Notes under the pieces: model-generated
What the model was told of the DNA's origin: nothing
What the model saw: only the letters and a program-made list of their open reading frames with translations
Database searches by the model: none
Shown here: positions 46,875 to 55,626 of the stretch, in pieces
Layout: each line of letters begins with the position of its first letter
Position numbering within the stretch: position 1 is the stretch's first letter
Made by a program: the position numbers and the translations under genes
Origin: a virus
DNA: 64,000 nt
Strand: one strand, 5' to 3'
Virus record (IMG/VR): IMGVR_UViG_3300011261_000157
Coordinates: 4,589-68,588 of that record

Positions 46875-46884
46875 AAGAGGTATA

Positions 46885-47088
46885 ATGGCTCGTAAAGAAG
46901 AGTTAGATGATATCGTAAAGAAACGCATAGACAAGCTAAAGAAAGACGAGCCTCCAAAGCCCTCTGAGAGCGACCCTAAGGTGGACGAAGGGGTAGACAA
47001 GGAGGTAGACGTTGAGAAGGCTAAGAAGGGCAAAAGAAAGCGCCTGAAGGGATACGTGAGCAAGACTGGGAGGAAGAGTGGTAGATAA
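46885..47088 (+). CDS. small charged/basic protein
   Basis: ORF track; GAGG RBS. Confidence 0.6.
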   Translation: MARKEELDDIVKKRIDKLKKDEPPKPSESDPKVDEGVDKEVDVEKAKKGKRKRLKGYVSKTGRKSGR

Positions 47089-47272
47089 TCGCACTAGTAT
47101 AGATGAGCATACGGGTAACGGGGTATTTATAACAATTGGCCCTAGTCTTAACTATAGTGAGTGGATGTGTAATTGGAATTACTATGCATGGACACGTGAT
47201 CGGACTTTCCAAAATCGGAGTAACCTTCCTAATTCTTTCACAGCCACCTTACACTGGCTAGGAGTATTCTAG
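47078..47272 (+). CDS. xVF-terminal microprotein (...HWLGVF)
   Basis: ORF track. Confidence 0.7.
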   Translation: MVDNRTSIDEHTGNGVFITIGPSLNYSEWMCNWNYYAWTRDRTFQNRSNLPNSFTATLHWLGVF

Positions 47273-47467
47273 ATGCTACTACTTAAGCGTTACATTGGCG
47301 AGGGAGTTTTCATACGACCGACCCACGACTTCTGTAGTAGAGACATCCAAGTCATGGGACCTTGGCAGCTAGCTTCGTGGGTTTACGATAGACCTTTATT
47401 TAGACATGGCAGGAACCATGCTGGAGAGGGTCTACTTACTCACATTTACTTCATAGGTGTATTTTAA
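47273..47467 (+). CDS. xVF-terminal microprotein (...YFIGVF)
   Basis: ORF track. Confidence 0.7.
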   Translation: MLLLKRYIGEGVFIRPTHDFCSRDIQVMGPWQLASWVYDRPLFRHGRNHAGEGLLTHIYFIGVF

Positions 47468-47632
47468 ATGAAAAGAGCAGAGATGATCAAGCTATTCAAA
47501 GATTACTTAGAACTAAGGGATGAAGACCCTAACATACACTCTGTTGCCGAAGACGCTGCTGAGTACTTAGTAGGTTGCTGGGAGACTTGGCGACCTGAAA
47601 CTACATGGGAGGATGATGATGGCGAAGATTAG
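47468..47632 (+). CDS. small hypothetical protein
   Basis: Hand-translated MKRAEMIKLFKDYL... Confidence 0.45.
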   Translation: MKRAEMIKLFKDYLELRDEDPNIHSVAEDAAEYLVGCWETWRPETTWEDDDGED

Positions 47633-47745
47633 ACTTACTAAAGGCAAGGCCACAATCAACCGTAGAAATATCAACACATTACTTCAAAACGTACTAACTT
47701 ACATTAACTTTATTTTACTAGCTGCACTTTTACTAAGGGAATTCA

Positions 47746-50700
47746 ATGTCATATAAGACCAGAGATGGTAAGACCCATCCCTCCAACGTCTTAATCGGAG
47801 AGAACGGCTTACCTGTAGATTCAATCGCTACTATCGCCGCGAGCTACCAGTTCGTAGAGGGCGAGGCTCCGTTAACTTACTCAGCAGGTACTGTAACTGC
47901 GCCGGTCGGCGTAGATTTAACTGCGTTATCAGTAGCTAGACCTAGATACACAGGTAACTACATCCTACGTACTTCGGACGGAGGTATCTACTATATCGAC
48001 CGTAAGACTATTGATATCGGCAACAGGACCTTCGTTATATCGGTATCCGATAAGTCCCCCGTACCTCCTCCAGCTATCGATCTAACTACAGGTTGGGTGA
48101 TTGCGGAAGCCAAGATCGTAAATAGACTAGCCACTACATCAGCCGCCAAGGTTGATAGTGTAGAATTTAGAGACCTTCAATTCCAGATGGAACTTGACGG
48201 CGACCCTGTAACTGTCAGAGGCTTGAATGGTAATTACATTCAACCTAATGAAGACGGGTCAATCAACACCAATACTCAAAACGGTAACTTAGAAACCACT
48301 CAGCAGGATGTTTTAGTTCAACTAGAACAGGTCAATGTTAACTTAAATAATCTAGATCTAGAGCTAGAAGATATCAATCTAGAGCTAGACACTCAAACTA
48401 CATCGCTGGCGTCTATAAACGCTGACTTAAACACGCAGCTTACTGACGTTAACGCCGAGCTTGACGGCATAACCACTGCTCTTAGTGATGTGAATTCAGA
48501 GCTAGATACTCAGACGACCTCACTTTCGCAGATCAATTCTGATCTAAACACTCAACTAAATTCAACTAACTCTGAGTTAGGTAGTATAAACACTGAATTA
48601 GATACTCAGACGATTTCGTTGGGTCAGATTAACACAGACCTTAACACGCAGCTTACTGATGTCAATAGCGAACTTGATGGAATTAGAGCGGATATGAACG
48701 CTCAGTTCGATGAGTCGCAGGCTAGCGCTCAGCTACAAGTTGATCAATTAAATAACATACACTGTAGGGTGGATGCCGGTAATTCTACCGACACTCCTCT
48801 AGGTATCGGCGAAGTATTCTACGGACCTTGGACTGAGAGGACTACGCCCGAACTGACAGTCGCCCCTTATGCAGATCAAGACTTTGAGTGGTACGTGCAG
48901 TTTGCTAATACGGAGCTATCAACTACGAACGGTCAACCCGTCTATACCGCAGGTACAGCCGCGGGGATTGACTCTAGTCTACTCTACCCTTACGTGGTTG
49001 GAGTTGATATTGGAACTCCTAGACGATTAGTTATAGGTCGTCAATGGTACAGGATCGTAGCAGTTAATACATCAGGCTCAGCCATGACGGAGTTTAGACT
49101 CCAAACATCAATTGGTAAGTTTGACCATTTAGTTGCTAGGTTGGATTCACATTTAGCCATAGACGCGGACGCTCTAGTATCTAGGTCTGTGACTACAGGC
49201 TTAGACCCTAATCAAGAATTCGTCAATGCTCGTCAAGGGGGAAGGGTTGCAAATGGATCTACTAGCACCCCGTTAGGAGCCGGTCAAGTGTACACCACCG
49301 CTGTTTTAGATTGCGAAGGGTATACTCAAGTAGCTTCTGAATTAAGAGCAGATCAGCCAGGCACTTTAAGAGGAGTTTGGTACGAGGATGCGGCAGGGAC
49401 GGTTGTTCTTAGGGATTTCACAGTGCCTTACGAACCTTTAGATGATATTTCATGGTTCTCCAGCATTACTTTCTCTAGGTATTTTCAGATAGAGTTCACT
49501 AACGGCGCTACGCCTCAGACGCAGTTCCACTTAAGGACTATATTAGATAACCAAGCTAGACACGGCCAGATGCTAAGCCTAGAATCATTCATACCAAGTA
49601 ACTCAGTTGTAAACTTGACTAGAGCTACAGCAGTAGGTAAAGATCCTAACGGAATCTACACTAACTCAAGGCAGCAAGGCTTACATGCTGGCAACACAAC
49701 TACTACTCCGCTAAACGCTTCTGAGACTTATCGAGGTGAGTGGTTTCCTCTTCAGGAGAGCTATGTTAAAGCCATCACTTCCCTAACTTCAGATGTGCCT
49801 GGCACTTTGTTTCTAGATGTGACTAACGTGGAGTTTCCTACTAACGGAGTAGATACAGACGTTCAAGGCGCTTTGATATTCCCATATGCAGCCGGAGGAG
49901 ATATCCTAAGGATTCAATCACCTGCTCAGTCTAGATGGGTTAGACATCGTTATATAAATAGTAACGCAGCTCAGTCAGTATTCAACCTACAAGGATCATT
50001 CGTAACTGTAGACCCTGGCACGTCAGCTCAGCCATTAAGGGACTTACCCAATGTGGCCATACAGGCCAACATAGTAAGAGCAGTATCGGCGATCCCTAGT
50101 GGGAATGGTTTGACTTATGTTGAGACTCCGATTGACGATGAGACTAAAGACCCCACTCAAGTCGTAACTAAGATTAGAGATGACATCCTTTTCAGACCTT
50201 TAGACTCAGCTCAGGCCAATCAAATATCAGTAGGTACTACTCCAGTTAGGTTAGATCCAACTCCTCTAGCTAATCGTAGAGAAGTTATGATCAGCAATGA
50301 CGGGGAGACAGCGGCAAGTGTAGGGTTCAGTAATTCTATTACATTTGCTTCTAATAGCTTTATCATGAAGCCAGGCACAGTTAGAACGTGGAGCTTAGAT
50401 CAAGGCGTAGCTTTATGGGGAGTCTGTCAAAACACAGGCGGAGTTCAAACTCTATACAAGAGAAATGGAGCCTCCGCTTCAGGTACAGCAACTTCACCTA
50501 CTAACGCCTTACTCAGTAACAACGTATACTCTATCATAGATGCTAATGCCGAGACTATCAACGTAAGTGGATTTACGTCTCCGAGCGCTAACCCAATCGT
50601 ATCAGTTAAACTAGGACTTGAAGCTAAAAAGCAAGCAGGTCAGACTCAACAAGCTACTTACATAGATACTCAAACTGGATCTGGAGGTAACGTAGGTTCT

Positions 50701-51555
50701 GTCAGCACGACATCTAACGTGACCGCTGTAAATAACCAACTATACTTAGCAGCTATAAGTAGGGAGAATCCAGCCTCCGTCGTTACTTCCGTATCAGGTA
50801 TGGGGCTAACTTGGGTCAAGTCTCAAACGATAGTCTACGCTTCAGAGAGAGTTCTAGACGTGTGGTATGCTATTGGAACCGTCACTGTGAATCAACAAGT
50901 GGTAGCGACATTCAGTAACCTAGCTTCTAACACTCACATTGCAGTGTCTAGGTACTCTAACGTGCATACTACAACTCCTATCCTAACCTCTACTACTGCT
51001 ACTGGAAATAGTGCTTCTGTATCTACAGGAGCCTTATCAGGAGTTAATAAAGGGATAGCCTACTTAGCCGTAGCTAAGAATAACACATCATTCACGCCTG
51101 GCGCAGGTTACACTGAGAGGTCGGATGAAACCACCCCTACAGGCGGTGATCGAGATGGTCTAGCTACTGAGACTAAAGCCTTGACTGTGACTGGGTCTGA
51201 AACTCCAACGGGCACCCTGTCTAGTAGTACTCAGTGGGCGGCCATCTCACTAATCATCAACCCATCCCCAGCTATCGACCCTGAAGTTACGATGTCTTAT
51301 ACTGTAAGTGCAGTTGCAGGTCCGACTACAGGCGTGGTAGCGGTGTCATCTACTTCAGATACTACTTACACAGTAGATGTAACAGGAGATAGGGCTTGGG
51401 TAGCGGCTGATATACCTAATGTAGCTGTTATTGCGACAGGCACTAATATCGGCGGAGCAGCAGCAGATGTAGATCACGCATACTTAGAAGTAACCGACAC
51501 AACAGGAGCATCTACTAGGATTTCCATTGTGCAAGGTGGAAGGGAGTTAGTATAA
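47746..51555 (+). CDS. large fibre/appendage protein with coiled-coil repeats
   Basis: ELDTQTTSL..IN.DLNTQL repeats followed by Thr/Ser-rich beta domains. Confidence 0.6.
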   Translation: MSYKTRDGKTHPSNVLIGENGLPVDSIATIAASYQFVEGEAPLTYSAGTVTAPVGVDLTALSVARPRYTGNYILRTSDGGIYYIDRKTIDIGNRTFVISVSDKSPVPPPAIDLTTGWVIAEAKIVNRLATTSAAKVDSVEFRDLQFQMELDGDPVTVRGLNGNYIQPNEDGSINTNTQNGNLETTQQDVLVQLEQVNVNLNNLDLELEDINLELDTQTTSLASINADLNTQLTDVNAELDGITTALSDVNSELDTQTTSLSQINSDLNTQLNSTNSELGSINTELDTQTISLGQINTDLNTQLTDVNSELDGIRADMNAQFDESQASAQLQVDQLNNIHCRVDAGNSTDTPLGIGEVFYGPWTERTTPELTVAPYADQDFEWYVQFANTELSTTNGQPVYTAGTAAGIDSSLLYPYVVGVDIGTPRRLVIGRQWYRIVAVNTSGSAMTEFRLQTSIGKFDHLVARLDSHLAIDADALVSRSVTTGLDPNQEFVNARQGGRVANGSTSTPLGAGQVYTTAVLDCEGYTQVASELRADQPGTLRGVWYEDAAGTVVLRDFTVPYEPLDDISWFSSITFSRYFQIEFTNGATPQTQFHLRTILDNQARHGQMLSLESFIPSNSVVNLTRATAVGKDPNGIYTNSRQQGLHAGNTTTTPLNASETYRGEWFPLQESYVKAITSLTSDVPGTLFLDVTNVEFPTNGVDTDVQGALIFPYAAGGDILRIQSPAQSRWVRHRYINSNAAQSVFNLQGSFVTVDPGTSAQPLRDLPNVAIQANIVRAVSAIPSGNGLTYVETPIDDETKDPTQVVTKIRDDILFRPLDSAQANQISVGTTPVRLDPTPLANRREVMISNDGETAASVGFSNSITFASNSFIMKPGTVRTWSLDQGVALWGVCQNTGGVQTLYKRNGASASGTATSPTNALLSNNVYSIIDANAETINVSGFTSPSANPIVSVKLGLEAKKQAGQTQQATYIDTQTGSGGNVGSVSTTSNVTAVNNQLYLAAISRENPASVVTSVSGMGLTWVKSQTIVYASERVLDVWYAIGTVTVNQQVVATFSNLASNTHIAVSRYSNVHTTTPILTSTTATGNSASVSTGALSGVNKGIAYLAVAKNNTSFTPGAGYTERSDETTPTGGDRDGLATETKALTVTGSETPTGTLSSSTQWAAISLIINPSPAIDPEVTMSYTVSAVAGPTTGVVAVSSTSDTTYTVDVTGDRAWVAADIPNVAVIATGTNIGGAAADVDHAYLEVTDTTGASTRISIVQGGRELV

Positions 51556-51986
51556 TGTATTCAGGTGGATTTAGTGATATAGACAGTACGGCTTACCCTT
51601 CATTGGATTATGCGGAGGCTCAGTCGTCCGTAACTACTAACATAACCTCAGCTACAGATACCCTGATCTCCTCAATGACCTTGACCCCTCAAGCAGGGGT
51701 GTATATGGTGTGGTTCAGTTCCTCCTTTATTAACAATAGTAATGGGGAAGATGTATTCTATAGTATCTACTCAGGTGGAGTTCAGGTAGCACCTACTGAG
51801 AGGCGGGCCAGATCATTTATCAATGGTGTAGTGATTGGGAATCAACCTAATGGAACCACTATGTGCACTCAAGGTCTAGTGTCAGTAGATGGAACTCAAC
51901 CTATCGAGGTTAGAGCTAGACGAACTGGCGGAACGGCGACTATATACCAACGAACCTTAACTATTTTAAAGGTGGCTAATTTATGA
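51555..51986 (+). CDS. putative fibre-associated protein
   Basis: MTLTPQAGVYMVWFS...YQRTLTILKV. Confidence 0.55.
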   Translation: MYSGGFSDIDSTAYPSLDYAEAQSSVTTNITSATDTLISSMTLTPQAGVYMVWFSSSFINNSNGEDVFYSIYSGGVQVAPTERRARSFINGVVIGNQPNGTTMCTQGLVSVDGTQPIEVRARRTGGTATIYQRTLTILKVANL

Positions 51987-52207
51987 CTTTAACAGAAATA
52001 CTACACGACTCAGAGATCCTTAAACCAGCCTTCGTAGTTAAAGGCAGTCAATACTTCCTACTTCAAAGTCCTATCCCTAACGGTTACGTACTGGGATTAG
52101 ACATGGTAGCTGCGGTAGCTCCTAAAGAGGGTTACGTTAAAGGCGACGGATGGGTAGTCCTCGACGGGGCCTCAGACGGTTGGAGCCTAGTAGGGGGTCC
52201 TGAGTAG
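51983..52207 (+). CDS. hypothetical protein
   Basis: ORF track. Confidence 0.55.
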   Translation: MTLTEILHDSEILKPAFVVKGSQYFLLQSPIPNGYVLGLDMVAAVAPKEGYVKGDGWVVLDGASDGWSLVGGPE

Positions 52208-52240
52208 GGCCTAAAACAACATTTCAGTTCAGAATTAATA

Positions 52241-52268
52241 GGCCCGCCTTAGTAGCGGGTCTTTTTTT
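52241..52268 (+). terminator. Rho-independent terminator ending the structural region
   Basis: GGCCCGC-CTTAGTA-GCGGGTC followed by T7. Confidence 0.75.
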
Positions 52269-52392
52269 GCGTCTAGAAACCAGATAAGTAATATCAATAG
52301 CTTAGAGAACAGGCTATGAGAAGCCCGCAAATAGGGTTTAAATGCATTGTGGAATTAGGTAGGATAAGATATGGATAAGTCGGTAGGGAGGC

Positions 52393-52524
52393 TTAGAATA
52401 CGGTTATTGAGTGGCTTAGTGGAATATACATACCTCTCATCCTAAATGTATAGTTGTAGGTAATGTAAGTTGTAATATATCTAGATTGATTGATGGCCGA
52501 GGTCCCGATAAAGATTGATTGCAT
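52393..52524 (-). CDS. xVF-terminal microprotein (MQSIFIGT...HSITVF)
   Basis: Hand-translated, 43 aa. Confidence 0.7.
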   Translation of the reverse strand: MQSIFIGTSAINQSRYITTYITYNYTFRMRGMYIPLSHSITVF

Positions 52525-52673
52525 TAAAACACCTGTAAAGCTAGACTGGCTACCCCACTTGATGTAATATTTCTTCTATGGGTGTGAAATATCACAGGTC
52601 GCCTAATGACCCAGTAGTGATACGTGATATGTATACCTAAGCTTACGTACGAACGCTCTAAACACTCATTCAT
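52524..52673 (-). CDS. xVF-terminal microprotein (MNECLERS...LALQVF)
   Basis: Hand-translated, 49 aa. Confidence 0.7.
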   Translation of the reverse strand: MNECLERSYVSLGIHITYHYWVIRRPVIFHTHRRNITSSGVASLALQVF

Positions 52674-52817
52674 CTAAAACACCTGTAGGGTTAAATTCCC
52701 CAACTGACTACTCTTTAATTGCGTAGGTAGGGCATGTATCATTATAGGCTTGGCAAGTAACCACAGTTTATAATACGAGGTCGCCACATAGTAGCGCTCT
52801 ATGTATTTAGTGCTCAT
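52674..52817 (-). CDS. xVF-terminal microprotein (MSTKYIER...LTLQVF)
   Basis: Hand-translated, 47 aa. Confidence 0.7.
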   Translation of the reverse strand: MSTKYIERYYVATSYYKLWLLAKPIMIHALPTQLKSSQLGNLTLQVF

Positions 52818-52984
52818 CAAAACACCGCCAAGACTACATCATCAGGGAATCTAATTACCTGATCAAGACGAGTAATATTACCGTTATCGCTAAAGTTCCA
52901 GTTGTAGGAGTAACGCAACCGCTTAACATAATTGTAATTGATTGCTAAGTCTCCGTATATCCTAATAACAATAAAAGCTGACAT
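52817..52984 (-). CDS. xVF-terminal microprotein (MSAFIVIR...VVLAVF)
   Basis: Hand-translated, 55 aa. Confidence 0.7.
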   Translation of the reverse strand: MSAFIVIRIYGDLAINYNYVKRLRYSYNWNFSDNGNITRLDQVIRFPDDVVLAVF

Positions 52985-52985
52985 A

Positions 52986-53141
52986 CTAGAATATTACCAA
53001 GTGAGTAGCAGTAGTAGTAGTTGCCCAGAGTATACCTTTTCTGTAAGTCGATGCTGTATATAAATCCTCGCTATATGGGTACTCTTGATAGAATATCCCT
53101 GATATTCGGTCTAGAATTAGATAATTAGTGTAATAGATCAT
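52986..53141 (-). CDS. xVF-family variant (MIYYTNYL...THLVIF)
   Basis: Hand-translated, 51 aa. Confidence 0.65.
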   Translation of the reverse strand: MIYYTNYLILDRISGIFYQEYPYSEDLYTASTYRKGILWATTTTATHLVIF

Positions 53142-53321
53142 CTAAAACACCACCACTAAACCATCTTCATCAAACAGACTTATAATCGTATCGCTGTTTA
53201 CATGTGTAAACAGGTTCTTAGATGACTTCCCTACGCTGTAGTATGTAAGATCACAGTAATCATCACCTAGACCTTCCAGATACCACTTATGCGGGTAATG
53301 TTCACTAGGTAGCTTTTCCAT
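53142..53321 (-). CDS. xVF-terminal microprotein (MEKLPSEH...GLVVVF)
   Basis: Hand-translated, 59 aa, GGAG RBS. Confidence 0.7.
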   Translation of the reverse strand: MEKLPSEHYPHKWYLEGLGDDYCDLTYYSVGKSSKNLFTHVNSDTIISLFDEDGLVVVF

Positions 53322-53333
53322 TCAACGTCTCCA

Positions 53334-53362
53334 AACAAAAACCCCCGCCGAAGCAGGGGTCT
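53334..53362 (-). terminator. probable terminator after 53422..54159
   Basis: On minus strand GACCCCTGC-TTCG-GCGGGGGT followed by TTTT. Confidence 0.6.
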
Positions 53363-53421
53363 AAGGGTCTCGATAAAAGCCTACTAGGTAAGCTTAAATC
53401 GAGTAGGGGTCTTACTAAATC

Positions 53422-54159
53422 TTACTTAAGGACAGTGAAGTTAACATCGATGATGTCAAGGCCAGTGCGGCCAGACTTCTGACACTTAAGTGACTTAAGG
53501 TGAGCTAGTGTCTCTTCACGGTTAAGGTGTAGATCACGTTGCTTGCTCAAATGCTCTTCAGCCGCTTCCGCAATCACTCCGCCTTTAAGCTTAGGCTCAA
53601 GGATAGTGAAGTTCTTAAGGAAGATATCACGGTGTTTAGCATAGTACTCTTGGATGGCCACGGCTAGGACTGAACGTCCGAAGTAACAACCCTCAGCTTC
53701 TTTGAATGGTAGGTCTTCTTGATTGACCAACATTACCTTATTCAGGTGAGTTAGGTCAAGGAAGCAAACGCTCAACATCCAGTCTACTGAAATTGAGTCT
53801 TCACCGTTGTTGATCTTCTTGAAGTCGTTCTTAAGCGTGTCTTTAACAGCCGCTGTGAACTTGTAGAAGTCGATCTTCTCAGGTAGGCCTGCGTCTTTAT
53901 TGATCTGAGAAGTGTGGTCCTCTACCAACTCAGTGTTAGTCTTGAACACTTTAGTTGAGAACTCAGGAATGAAGTCTAGGAAGCGAAGTACTTGATAGGC
54001 AAGCATTCTCTCAGCTAGGAAAGGAAGGAAATGTTCCTCTACCTCTTTCTGGTTGAAGTTTGAGTTGAGTTGAAGGAAGTGAACACCTTCGAGGTTGATT
54101 TTAACCTTGTCTAGAGGTTCTAGGTCAGGTGTAAGTTTTTCGTAGTTCAAAATCGGCAC
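53422..54159 (-). CDS. hypothetical protein (245 aa)
   Basis: ORF track; AAGGAG RBS; own promoter and terminator. Confidence 0.75.
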   Translation of the reverse strand: MPILNYEKLTPDLEPLDKVKINLEGVHFLQLNSNFNQKEVEEHFLPFLAERMLAYQVLRFLDFIPEFSTKVFKTNTELVEDHTSQINKDAGLPEKIDFYKFTAAVKDTLKNDFKKINNGEDSISVDWMLSVCFLDLTHLNKVMLVNQEDLPFKEAEGCYFGRSVLAVAIQEYYAKHRDIFLKNFTILEPKLKGGVIAEAAEEHLSKQRDLHLNREETLAHLKSLKCQKSGRTGLDIIDVNFTVLK

Positions 54160-54195
54160 TCGTGTCTCCTTGGTTAGTGCAGTTACGCAGAATTC

Positions 54196-54224
54196 AATGT
54201 AGCACTGTTAATTTAATTTGTCAA
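54196..54224 (-). promoter_or_regulatory. sigma70-type promoter
   Basis: TTGACA-17nt-TACATT on minus strand. Confidence 0.6.
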
Positions 54225-54295
54225 TAGGCTATTTATTACTTGACTTACCACTTAAAATAATGTAAAGTAGATAGACAACCTTAAAGCAGTCTAAC

Positions 54296-54445
54296 ATGGG
54301 AGTTTTGGTTTTGCAAGTAAAAAATGCACAGGAAGTATGGAAAGACGTAATTAATTATCAAGGTCTCTATAAAGTCAGCAACTTAGGAAGGGTCAAAAGA
54401 CTCGCTAGACATAGAATGAGAGCTAACGGGCGAAGCTTAAGTTGA
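54296..54445 (+). pseudogene. truncated NUMOD4 (homing endonuclease-associated) fragment
   Basis: EVWKDVINYQGLYKVSNLGRVKRL matches the NUMOD4 pattern; stops after 49 aa with no HNH. Confidence 0.7.
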
Positions 54446-54470
54446 CATAGCAAGCAATATAGTATAAGGT
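54442..54470 (+). promoter_or_regulatory. sigma70-type promoter upstream of xVF array
   Basis: TTGACA-17nt-TAAGGT (alternative TATAAG at 15 nt); AGGAGG RBS follows. Confidence 0.55.
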
Positions 54471-54489
54471 AAGATTAGGAGGACTGTGT

Positions 54490-54645
54490 ATGTTTGATGT
54501 CCATGAGCCCGTTCTATATAGCTTTGATAGCCACTCTAGATACTGCGGGCGTAACTTCTTATACTATACTACGAGATATCTAAATAGAGGTGAGCATATA
54601 TCTGACAGATATTGGTTAAGTTCAACTACACTCGCAGTGTTCTAA
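54490..54645 (+). CDS. xVF-terminal microprotein (MFDVHEPV...TTLAVF)
   Basis: Hand-translated, 51 aa. Confidence 0.7.
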   Translation: MFDVHEPVLYSFDSHSRYCGRNFLYYTTRYLNRGEHISDRYWLSSTTLAVF

Positions 54646-54653
54646 AGGAATAT

Positions 54654-54806
54654 ATGCAACAGAATACATACACACTCATAATGTTCGGACGCACCTTAGT
54701 AGTAGAGCTACTTGTGCCCGATAACCATAAACTAGTACGTCAGATAAGAATATCCAAATTCGACGAACTTGAGTACTGGACAACTATGCAATTGGTGGTG
54801 TTTTGA
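54654..54806 (+). CDS. xVF-terminal microprotein (MQQNTYTL...MQLVVF)
   Basis: Frame of track ORF 54612..54806; AAGGA RBS. Confidence 0.7.
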   Translation: MQQNTYTLIMFGRTLVVELLVPDNHKLVRQIRISKFDELEYWTTMQLVVF

Positions 54807-54934
54807 TGGATGCTTTCATTTATACCATTGATGTAACCCTCGTCTCGGTCACCTACTATCCGTACTCTTCAGTACCAATTAAACCTTTGATTTATAGGTC
54901 TGGGAATTACGATCTTATACTGGCGGTGTTTTAA
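54806..54934 (+). CDS. xVF-terminal microprotein (MDAFIYTI...LILAVF)
   Basis: Hand-translated, 42 aa. Confidence 0.7.
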   Translation: MDAFIYTIDVTLVSVTYYPYSSVPIKPLIYRSGNYDLILAVF

Positions 54935-55081
54935 ATGGATATATGGAAATACTCAGTGTCAATTAGTTACTATGACGATGTAAAGTGGTCGGATTGGAAT
55001 CTTAACGATCCTAGCTTGATTTACAGAGCCAGACTTATCAAATGCCGGCTCATATACGCAGCTAACTTAGTGGTGTTTTAA
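54935..55081 (+). CDS. xVF-terminal microprotein (MDIWKYSV...ANLVVF)
   Basis: Hand-translated, 48 aa. Confidence 0.7.
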   Translation: MDIWKYSVSISYYDDVKWSDWNLNDPSLIYRARLIKCRLIYAANLVVF

Positions 55082-55092
55082 GGGAGTTGAAT

Positions 55093-55263
55093 ATGGATAC
55101 AGTTGAGGGTTGGAGATACACGGTAGATATAAGTTCATTTAGAAGTTACACTAGGTACTACTTATGGTATGGACATATGGTGACGTACAGGTACTCGGCG
55201 ATAGGTGGTATTTACAAGCTCAGTTACATTACCCCCTCCGCATGTAGCGTAGTTGTATTTTAA
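55093..55263 (+). CDS. xVF-terminal microprotein (MDTVEGWR...CSVVVF)
   Basis: Hand-translated, 56 aa. Confidence 0.7.
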   Translation: MDTVEGWRYTVDISSFRSYTRYYLWYGHMVTYRYSAIGGIYKLSYITPSACSVVVF

Positions 55264-55274
55264 GGAGATTTAGT

Positions 55275-55418
55275 ATGCAATGGAAAGTTGTCTACTACGT
55301 AGAAAAAACAGAGACGGTGACCTGCCTTCGAGACACTCACCTGCTTGGGATTATCCTTAAGAGGGGCATTAGTCGTATGGGAGACTTTAGGAATAGGGTC
55401 TCCCTAGCTGTATTTTAG
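55275..55418 (+). CDS. xVF-terminal microprotein (MQWKVVYY...VSLAVF)
   Basis: Hand-translated, 47 aa, AAGGAG RBS. Confidence 0.7.
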   Translation: MQWKVVYYVEKTETVTCLRDTHLLGIILKRGISRMGDFRNRVSLAVF

Positions 55419-55423
55419 GTAAT

Positions 55424-55448
55424 AAAAAACCCGCTCAAGGCGGGCTTA
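55424..55448. terminator. terminator between convergent units (T tract on minus strand)
   Basis: AAAAAA-CCCGC-TCAAG-GCGGG. Confidence 0.65.
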
Positions 55449-55626
55449 ATGGAGTCTGAATGTACGCTGGAAGAATCTGGTTATATGGGGTGATGAGGCA
55501 CTCTTCAAGCTCAGTTCGCAGGGCTAATATAACTTACTTACCTTGGAAGTATACTCCGCCTTCTAATCTACTAAAATCTAAGCAGGACTTAAGTAAGTAT
55601 AGCAACTTAGAATACATAGCCATATT

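Noticed and set aside
42815-51555. Diversity-generating retroelement acting on fibres or microproteins
   Set aside because: No reverse transcriptase and no ~100-bp TR/VR pair differing only at adenines was seen
52273-52345. Possible extra minus-strand family member ending YLSGF
   Set aside because: An in-frame TGA lies just upstream, so there is no open frame of adequate length
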